Shown one piece after another: positions 19,115 through 25,810 of a DNA stretch of 32,000 nucleotides. The position numbers and the translations under genes were made by a program. The DNA is taken from assembly GCF_004102945.1 (NCBI RefSeq), contig NZ_CP019384.1, forward strand, positions 630,001-662,000. The letters are read 5' to 3'. The notes under the pieces are model-generated. The model made no database searches. It was not told the DNA's origin and saw nothing but the letters and a program-made list of their open reading frames with translations. The DNA is from Candidatus Velamenicoccus archaeovorus. Lineage in GTDB: Bacteria > Omnitrophota > Gorgyraeia > Velamenicoccales > Velamenicoccaceae. Position 1 is the stretch's first letter. The number at the start of each line of letters is the position of its first letter.

Positions 19115-20716
19115 ATGTGTAAAACAAACAACGCAATCCCAACGCTCTTGAGGGCCAAGCATTTTAAGCCCGGCTTGAAATGTCTTTCGGGTTTCTTTTT
19201 GCTTTTGGGATTCTGTTGTTTGTTTTCTCCGCCCGCGCACGCCAACAACATCAAGGTCTCCGACGTCAGCCTCCAGAACCTGGATTCTACCGCGGGCACG
19301 GTGGACATCAAGTTCGACGTCTCCTGGGACAACAGCTTCACCCGCACGGACGCAAACGGCAACGCCACCTTTGACCGGGCCTGGGTCTTCGTCAAATACC
19401 AGATCGGCGGCACAGGAGCCTGGTATCACGCCACGCTTGTCTCAGGAGGTTCCCTGGGCAGCTACTCCACATCCACCGCTATCGGCATCACCTCGGACGG
19501 CAAGGGGGCGTTTTGCCGGCCGGGTCTTAATCAAACACTAAGGTGGAGTTTCCCCTATGGAACGTCGATGGATACCATCAGGATCAGGGTTTTTGCCATC
19601 GAAATGGTCTACATCCCCCAGGGCTCTTTTGTCCTGGGTTCCGGCGGAACGGAATCAGGCAGCTTTACGGACGGCTCATGGACGAGTGGAGCAACTATTC
19701 CCTTTACCATTTCTTCAGAAGATGCGCTATCCATAGCCGCGAGTGCAGGCAGTCTTTGGGGAACATCTACCTCCGGCAACAATACCATCGGTGACGCTGG
19801 GACTCTTCCCGCCGCCTTCCCCAAGGGCTACAGCGGCTTCTACGTGATGAAGTACGAGGTCTCTCAGGGGCAATACCGGGACTTCCTGAATACCCTGACC
19901 CGTGCCCAGCAGAACACCAGGACCGGAACCTCCCTGGCTGCGGGCACGACATCCGTCACCAACATCTACGTCATGAGCAACACGGCGACCATATCCTATC
20001 GCAACGGCATCCGCTGCGACGCGACCATCTCGTCCTCGGACCCGATCACTTTTTACTGCGACCTGAACGGCAATGCCGTTCCCAACGAATCCGATGACGG
20101 CGAGTGGATCGCCTGCAACTGGCTCTCCTGGGCGGACCTGATGGCCTATGCCGACTGGGCGGGCCTGCGCCCCATGACGGAGCTGGAATTCGAAAAGGCC
20201 TCGCGAGGCCCGGCCCGTTCAGGCTCGCCGACAGCCAACGAATACGCCTGGGGGAACACGACCATTGATTACTTCTCCGATCTTTCCAATGCAGGCACCT
20301 CAAGCGAGGCCATAGGCCCGACCCGGCCCAATGCCAACTGCAACTATTCCAGCGCCTCGCCCGACGGCCCGGTCCGCTGCGGCATGTTTGCCACAAGCTC
20401 ATCGAGCCGCACCACGGCAGGCGCTTCTTATTACGGCCTGATGGAAATGTCCGGCAACCTCTGGGAGAGGTGCGTCACCATCGGCAATGCCACAGGCCGC
20501 GCCTTCACAGGCTTGCACGGCAACGGCACCCTTGACTCCAGCGGCAACGCCGATGTTACAAACTGGCCTGGAACAGGCGCCACTGGTGGCGGTTTCCGCG
20601 GCGGCGCTTGGGATGATGACACATCGTACGCCCGCGTGTCAGACCGCAGCTACGCGGCGTACACGAATTCGTTTCGGTACTACAGTTACGGAGGTCGGTT
20701 CGCCAGGACCCCTTGA
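19115..20716 (+). CDS. DGR target protein 1: secreted FGE-sulfatase / C-type-lectin-fold protein with C-terminal VR
   Basis: The ATG at 19115 (start uncertain) gives the hydrophobic leader ...FFLLLGFCCLFSPPAHA. YVMKYEVSQGQYRDFLNTL and ...YYGLMEMSGNLWERCV are the FGE-sulfatase (DUF323) pattern. VR1 encodes the last 42 aa. Confidence 0.85.
   Translation: MCKTNNAIPTLLRAKHFKPGLKCLSGFFLLLGFCCLFSPPAHANNIKVSDVSLQNLDSTAGTVDIKFDVSWDNSFTRTDANGNATFDRAWVFVKYQIGGTGAWYHATLVSGGSLGSYSTSTAIGITSDGKGAFCRPGLNQTLRWSFPYGTSMDTIRIRVFAIEMVYIPQGSFVLGSGGTESGSFTDGSWTSGATIPFTISSEDALSIAASAGSLWGTSTSGNNTIGDAGTLPAAFPKGYSGFYVMKYEVSQGQYRDFLNTLTRAQQNTRTGTSLAAGTTSVTNIYVMSNTATISYRNGIRCDATISSSDPITFYCDLNGNAVPNESDDGEWIACNWLSWADLMAYADWAGLRPMTELEFEKASRGPARSGSPTANEYAWGNTTIDYFSDLSNAGTSSEAIGPTRPNANCNYSSASPDGPVRCGMFATSSSSRTTAGASYYGLMEMSGNLWERCVTIGNATGRAFTGLHGNGTLDSSGNADVTNWPGTGATGGGFRGGAWDDDTSYARVSDRSYAAYTNSFRYYSYGGRFARTP
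20588..20714 (+). repeat. DGR variable repeat VR1
   Basis: In my manual alignment to the TR it is the same length with about 16 differences, all at TR adenines (for example AAC->TAC/AGC and AAT->GAT/GCT/TTT). Confidence 0.9.
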
Positions 20717-20820
20717 TTTTTTGTTCTTTTACACTTTGGGGTTTTTGGGGGAATTAGTGGGTAAGCCGGTGAACAGGTTAGCCGGTGAATCGGTGAAATG
20801 AATAAACCAGAAAAGAAGGT

Positions 20821-21240
20821 ATGGGAAAGGTAACCCCAGTTGTGGAGAAGCACTACAGGCTGATTTTATGGACATTGCCCAAAATTGCCAACTTTCCAAA
20901 AGACCAAAGATTCCTGTTGGCCGACAGGATCGAGACGCTGCTTTTGGATGTGCTTCTGCTCTTGATCGAGGCGACATATTCGGCGGAGAAGAGGGAAATG
21001 CTGAAGAACGCCAATTTGAAAGTCGAGCAGATGAGATTTATGATGCGCATCGCCAAGGACATGGAATACGTGAATATCAAAGGTTATGACTTTTTCTGCG
21101 TTTCGCTTCTTGAAATAGGCAGGATGATAGGGGGTTGGAGAAAATCCGAGGAGGATAAACAAAACCAGAGTCCTTGTGTTCACGGATACAAGGAGCGGTC
21201 ACCGAAAGAAAGGGGTCCAGACGTCGTCACCTGTCCTTGA
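20821..21240 (+). CDS. avd: DGR accessory variability determinant (Avd), four-helix-bundle protein
   Basis: 139 aa. LPKIANFPKDQRFLLADRIETLLLDVL...IGRMIGGWRKS resembles bAvd. It lies immediately upstream of the TR and RT. Confidence 0.8.
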   Translation: MGKVTPVVEKHYRLILWTLPKIANFPKDQRFLLADRIETLLLDVLLLLIEATYSAEKREMLKNANLKVEQMRFMMRIAKDMEYVNIKGYDFFCVSLLEIGRMIGGWRKSEEDKQNQSPCVHGYKERSPKERGPDVVTCP

Positions 21241-21348
21241 CTTTTGTACAAGGTCGAGGCAAAAAGAGTTCGCCTGCCGCGCGGGAAAGCGGAACGCTTG
21301 CGGCGCGGCGAGGGTTGTAAAAAGGTGCGAGGTCGTAAAGCGTTGTCC

Positions 21349-21475
21349 GGCGGTTTCCGCGGCGGCAATTGGAATAATGACACATCGAACGCCCGCGTAT
21401 CAGACCGCAACAACGCGGCGAACACGAATTCGAATCGGAACAACAATAACGGAGGTCGGTTCGCCAAGACCCCTT
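21349..21475 (+). repeat. DGR template repeat (TR), adenine-rich with many AAC/AAT codons
   Basis: It translates as GGFRGGNWNNDTSNARVSDRNNAANTNSNRNNNNGGRFAKTP. It is homologous to VR1 and VR2 and sits 40 nt upstream of the RT start. Confidence 0.9.
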
Positions 21476-21514
21476 ACTTTCTCCTTATGGATCTTCAGCT
21501 AAGGCGAGGGAAAG

Positions 21515-22672
21515 ATGAAGAAAATTGAGAATATCTACACAAAAATCTGTTCCGTCGAAAACCTGTATGCCGCCGCAGCCATGGCGGCCAAGGGCAGACG
21601 GTATCGTGATTCGACGGCCGACTTTACCTTCCGTCTCGAGGCGGAGATCAACCGCCTGAAGAAGCAGTTGGAAAACGGGACGTACAGGCATGGGGCTTAC
21701 CGTGTTTTTGTCATTCACGACCCCAAGGAACGGCTGATCTCGGCGGCGCCCTTCCGCGACAGGGTCGTCCACCATGCCGTCCACGACGTCATTGAACCGC
21801 TTCTGGACAGGACGTTCGTTTACGATTCTTACGCCTGCCGCAAGACAAAGGGGACCCACAAGGCCGTTGACAGGGCGCAATCTTTCTTGAGGCTGAATAA
21901 ATTCTGCCTGCATTGCGACGTCAAAAAATATTTTCAATCCATCGACCACAACATATTGAAAGGGGTGCTGGCGCGCTGCATCGGCGACGCCAAAACCCTT
22001 GCGCTCCTGGATACCATCATTGATTCATCGGCGTATTTGGCCAATGTTTCTGCGGGGAACCGGATCGCAGGGCTGCCCATCGGGAACCTGACGTCCCAGT
22101 TTTTCGCAAACCTTTATCTCAATGAGCTGGATTATTACGTAAAGGTTTCCCTGAGGTGCCGTTATTACCTCAGATATATGGATGATTTTCTCGTTTTCGG
22201 CAACGACAGGGGCGCGCTTGAAGAAATCAAGGACCGGATCAGGGAGTTTTTAAGAAATAAATTGAACGTTGCCCTTCACGAGGGAAAATCCCAGGTTTTC
22301 GCAACCAAGAGGGGGATCAAGTTTCTGGGGTTCCGGATCTATAAGGATTTCAGAAGGCTGGCGACGGGAAATGTCAAGCGTTTCAAAAGGCGGCTCAAGC
22401 GGTTTCATTATTTGCTTGAAAAAGGCGAAACAGGCAGGGAAAAAGTCCGCGATTCGGTCAGGTGCTGGACGGCGCACAGCCTTTACGCCAATACGCACGG
22501 TCTGCGGTCGAGGATGGTCGTTGATTTGATGAAAAAAGACGCAAATTTCGGAGAAGGTCTTAAGGATATTTTGCTGCCTGTCGGCGGTCGTAGAGATGAC
22601 GAGCGAAGCCGGGAAGCGGCTAGGTTGAAGGAGAGAAGTGATGCGCGAGAATTCAGTTCTTTGCATCAATAG
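21515..22672 (+). CDS. DGR reverse transcriptase
   Basis: 385 aa with the RT catalytic motif YMDDFLVFG and the DGR-typical GLPIGNLTSQFFANLYL. Confidence 0.95.
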   Translation: MKKIENIYTKICSVENLYAAAAMAAKGRRYRDSTADFTFRLEAEINRLKKQLENGTYRHGAYRVFVIHDPKERLISAAPFRDRVVHHAVHDVIEPLLDRTFVYDSYACRKTKGTHKAVDRAQSFLRLNKFCLHCDVKKYFQSIDHNILKGVLARCIGDAKTLALLDTIIDSSAYLANVSAGNRIAGLPIGNLTSQFFANLYLNELDYYVKVSLRCRYYLRYMDDFLVFGNDRGALEEIKDRIREFLRNKLNVALHEGKSQVFATKRGIKFLGFRIYKDFRRLATGNVKRFKRRLKRFHYLLEKGETGREKVRDSVRCWTAHSLYANTHGLRSRMVVDLMKKDANFGEGLKDILLPVGGRRDDERSREAARLKERSDAREFSSLHQ

Positions 22673-22716
22673 CACAAGGCGGTTCGTTCCCGATCGGGTG
22701 CTGATGACCCGCGCGC

Positions 22717-22737
22717 GGGGGGGGGGGGGGGGGGGGG
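22717..22737 (+). repeat. Homopolymeric G21 tract
   Basis: Counted directly. It lies 45 nt after the RT stop and about 195 nt upstream of the target-2 start. Confidence 0.9.
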
Positions 22738-22930
22738 ATTGTCAGTTGCCAGCGTAGGACAGTCTCTGTTGCGCAATCTTGCGAGCGGTGCGTTTTCAAG
22801 AAAAGATGCAGGATTCACCAGGGGCCTAAAGGACAAAGGCACCGGTCGAAAGGCGGACGGGTGAACCGATAAACCGGTTAACCGGCTGACCGGCTCATAG
22901 GCAAACCGGGTAAGGTAACAAGGAATAGAT

Positions 22931-24484
22931 ATGAAGAAAATAACCCTTCTAACCTTAACGATTCTAGCGGTGATGATGGCTGCGCCGCAGGCGCACGCCA
23001 ACAACATCAAGGTCTCCGACGTCAGCCTCCAGAACCTGGATTCTACCGCGGGCACGGTGGACATCAAGTTCGACGTCTCCTGGGATAACAGTTTTACCCG
23101 CACGGACTCAAACGGCAACGCCACCTTCGACCGGGCCTGGGTCTTCGTCAAATACCAGATCGGCGGCACAGGGGCCTGGTATCACGCCACGCTTGTCTCA
23201 GGAGGTTCGCTCAGCAGCTATGCCACATCCACCGCCATCGGCATCACCTCGGACGGCAAGGGGGCGTTTTGCAAGGCCGGTCCCAGCCAGACGATCAGAT
23301 GGAATTTCGGCACCACTGGAGATAACGTCAGCAGTAGTTCCAGCATCCAAGTCAAAGTCATGGCCATCGAAATGGTCTACATCCCCCAAGGTTCTTTTGT
23401 CCTGGGTTCCGGCGGAACGGAATCAGGCAGCTTTACGGACGGCTCATGGACGAGTGGAGCAACTATTCCCTTTACCATTTCTTCAGAAGATGCGCTATCC
23501 ATAGCCGCGAGTGCAGGCAGTCTTTGGGGAACATCTACCTCCGGCAACAATACCATCGGTGACGCTGGGACTCTTCCCGCCGCCTTCCCCAAGGGCTACA
23601 GCGGCTTCTACGTGATGAAGTACGAGGTCTCTCAGGGGCAATACCGGGACTTCCTGAATACCCTGACCCGTGCCCAGCAGAACACCAGGACCGGAACCTC
23701 CCTGGCTGCGGGCACGACATCCGTCACCAACATCTACGTCATGAGCAACACGGCGACCATATCCTATCGCAACGGCATCCGCTGCGACGCGACCATCTCG
23801 TCCTCGGACCCGATCACTTTTTACTGCGACCTGAACGGCAATGCCGTTCCCAACGAATCCGATGACGGCGAGTGGATCGCCTGCAACTGGCTCTCCTGGG
23901 CGGACCTGATGGCCTATGCCGACTGGGCGGGCCTGCGCCCCATGACGGAGCTGGAATTCGAAAAGGCCTCGCGAGGCCCGGCCCGTTCAGGCTCGCCGAC
24001 AGCCAACGAATACGCCTGGGGGAACACGACCATTGATTACTTCTCCGATCTTTCCAATGCAGGCACCTCAAGCGAGGCCATAGGCCCGACCCGGCCCAAT
24101 GCCAACTGCAACTATTCCAGCGCCTCGCCCGACGGCCCGGTCCGCTGCGGCATGTTTGCCACAAGCTCATCGAGCCGCACCACGGCAGGCGCTTCTTATT
24201 ACGGCCTGATGGAAATGTCCGGCAACCTCTGGGAGAGGTGCGTCACCATCGGCAATGCCACAGGCCGCGCCTTCACAGGCTTGCACGGCAACGGCACCCT
24301 TGACTCCAGCGGCAACGCCGATGTTACAAACTGGCCTGGAACAGGCGCCACTGGTGGCGGTTTCCGCGGCGGCGATTGGTATTATGACACATCGTACGCC
24401 CGCGTCTCAGACCGCTACTACGCGGCGTACACGGATTCGGCTCGGAGCAGCAGTTACGGAGGTCGGTTCGCCAGGACCCCTTGA
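22931..24484 (+). CDS. DGR target protein 2 (paralogue of target 1) with C-terminal VR
   Basis: 517 aa with the signal peptide MKKITLLTLTILAVMMAAPQAHA. Most of its length is near-identical to target 1. VR2 encodes the C-terminus. Confidence 0.9.
   Translation: MKKITLLTLTILAVMMAAPQAHANNIKVSDVSLQNLDSTAGTVDIKFDVSWDNSFTRTDSNGNATFDRAWVFVKYQIGGTGAWYHATLVSGGSLSSYATSTAIGITSDGKGAFCKAGPSQTIRWNFGTTGDNVSSSSSIQVKVMAIEMVYIPQGSFVLGSGGTESGSFTDGSWTSGATIPFTISSEDALSIAASAGSLWGTSTSGNNTIGDAGTLPAAFPKGYSGFYVMKYEVSQGQYRDFLNTLTRAQQNTRTGTSLAAGTTSVTNIYVMSNTATISYRNGIRCDATISSSDPITFYCDLNGNAVPNESDDGEWIACNWLSWADLMAYADWAGLRPMTELEFEKASRGPARSGSPTANEYAWGNTTIDYFSDLSNAGTSSEAIGPTRPNANCNYSSASPDGPVRCGMFATSSSSRTTAGASYYGLMEMSGNLWERCVTIGNATGRAFTGLHGNGTLDSSGNADVTNWPGTGATGGGFRGGDWYYDTSYARVSDRYYAAYTDSARSSSYGGRFARTP
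24356..24482 (+). repeat. DGR variable repeat VR2
   Basis: Same length as the TR, with about 16 differences, all at TR adenines. It differs from VR1 at most variable positions. Confidence 0.9.
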
Positions 24485-24725
24485 TTTTTTGTTCTTTTAC
24501 ACTTTGGGGTTTTTGGGGGAAGAACGAGCGGGTAAGCCGGTGAACAGGTGGAGTGCGTGGTTCGTTGTTCGTGGTTCGTTCACGAGCAACAGCGAACACG
24601 AGACGAACCACGAGGCAAGAACGACGAGGAACGAGCTGACGTGGAATACGCTGTTCGTGGTTCGTTGTTCGGGATTCGTTTACGAACAACGAGGAACGAA
24701 ACGCGAGGCAGGAGAAGGAACGAAG

Positions 24726-25115
24726 ATGATAAAAAGCTACCGGGATTTAGACGTTTGGCAAAAAGGAATGGGGCTGGTTGAGACAGCGTACCAAATAACC
24801 GGAAAATTCCCCAAAGGAGAGCTCTTTGGGTTAACGAATCAACTGAGGCGTTCATCCGTGTCTATACCATCGAACATTGCGGAAGGGTTCCTGCGGCAGC
24901 ATGCGAACGAGATGATACAATTTTTGTATATAGCCTTGGGATCTTGTGGAGAACTAGATACGCAGACAGAGATCTCTTATCGGTTGAGGTATATCACAGA
25001 GAACCAAAAGAATCTCTTGAGCGAAGATGTTGATCATATTGCACGCATGATTCGCAATTTAATAAAGAGTTTGCGCAACCGAACCACGAAACACGAGGAA
25101 CGAACAACGAGCTGA
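24726..25115 (+). CDS. Four-helix-bundle protein (23S rRNA IVS protein family)
   Basis: From the ATG at 24726: MIKSYRDLDVWQKGMGLVETAYQITGKFPKGELFGLTNQLRRSSVSIPSNIAEG...LGSCGELDTQ, a canonical family pattern. The upstream part of track ORF 24255.. is out-of-frame read-through of VR2. Confidence 0.85.
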   Translation: MIKSYRDLDVWQKGMGLVETAYQITGKFPKGELFGLTNQLRRSSVSIPSNIAEGFLRQHANEMIQFLYIALGSCGELDTQTEISYRLRYITENQKNLLSEDVDHIARMIRNLIKSLRNRTTKHEERTTS

Positions 25116-25171
25116 CGATGCGAAAAACATCTCATCATTTTATGGGGGAAATGAAGGAATCGGAGAGAATT

Positions 25172-25384
25172 TTAGGCCGGTTGAAGGTTTTCCAATTTCA
25201 CCTGAGGCCGCTTATGCTCCAGAATGTATTTGCTGGCGTCGAGTATTTCAATGCCAACGACAGATCCGTCGGGAGCATAGTTAATGGCGATGTCTTCCGT
25301 AATTCGCTGCGTGGTCACCTGGAACCTGCCCTTTTTGAGCCTGATATACGCGGCATCTACCTTGGAGTCATAACTGATTTTCAT
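25172..25384 (-). CDS. DUF2283-like small protein (putative antitoxin partner)
   Basis: 70 aa. YDSKVDAAYIRL...DGSVVGIEILDAS is the DUF2283 pattern. It lies 9 nt downstream of the DUF4258-like gene. Confidence 0.7.
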   Translation of the reverse strand: MKISYDSKVDAAYIRLKKGRFQVTTQRITEDIAINYAPDGSVVGIEILDASKYILEHKRPQVKLENLQPA

Positions 25385-25393
25385 CGTGGCCTC

Positions 25394-25645
25394 CTAAAAA
25401 TAAAAAACGTAAACTGTGACGACAATAACGGATTTTTCTTCTTTGACTATGGGCATGACTTGTTTGACGCGGTAAAACTTGCCGCCCCAGTCTCCGTTAT
25501 GCTGAAAATTATGGCGATAACTCATGCGGCCGTGTTTAGCTGGAATTCTTTCGCCATGACGGATTGTTTGAATAATTTCTTCTCTGGAAGCGCCGCGTTC
25601 CAGCATCTGCTTTAGCGCGTGGTCCGAAAAGATGATGTGTTTCAT
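25394..25645 (-). CDS. DUF4258-like small protein (putative toxin)
   Basis: 83 aa. FSDHALKQMLERGASREEIIQTI...VVTVY resembles DUF4258. It is paired with the DUF2283-like gene. Confidence 0.65.
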   Translation of the reverse strand: MKHIIFSDHALKQMLERGASREEIIQTIRHGERIPAKHGRMSYRHNFQHNGDWGGKFYRVKQVMPIVKEEKSVIVVTVYVFYF

Positions 25646-25810
25646 GTTTCAATATTATCATTGCAGTTCAGGAAGTCAAGAAAGAATAATGATGAGAGAG
25701 ATGAACGGGTTAGCGGGTGGAGTGCGTGGTTCGGGGTTCGTGGTTCGTTCACGAACGACAGCGAACACGAGACGAACCACGAAACACGAGGAACGAACAA
25801 CGAGCTGACG

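Larger units (their letters stand above)
19115..24484 (+). mobile_element. Diversity-generating retroelement (DGR): target1/VR1, avd, TR, RT, target2/VR2
   Basis: One 127-nt template repeat and two 127-nt variable repeats that differ from it only at TR adenines. The RT has the DGR-type IGNLTSQ motif. An Avd-like four-helix-bundle gene is present. Confidence 0.9.

Noticed and set aside
21244-21528. A 94-aa ORF with an asparagine-rich stretch (...NWNNDTSNARVSDRNNAANTNSNRNNNNGG...).
   Set aside because: It is the DGR template repeat read in the VR frame. It lies between avd and the RT, and its N-richness reflects the AAC/AAT codons of a TR, not a protein.
24255-24725. The N-terminal 157 codons of track ORF 24255..25115.
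   Set aside because: This part is an out-of-frame reading across VR2 and the hairpin-rich repeats. The four-helix-bundle homology begins only at the ATG at 24726.
25118-25615. A 165-aa plus-strand ORF starting MRKTSHHF.
   Set aside because: It is antisense to the well-formed DUF2283/DUF4258 pair. Its start exists only because of the 51-bp duplication of the adhesin start region.
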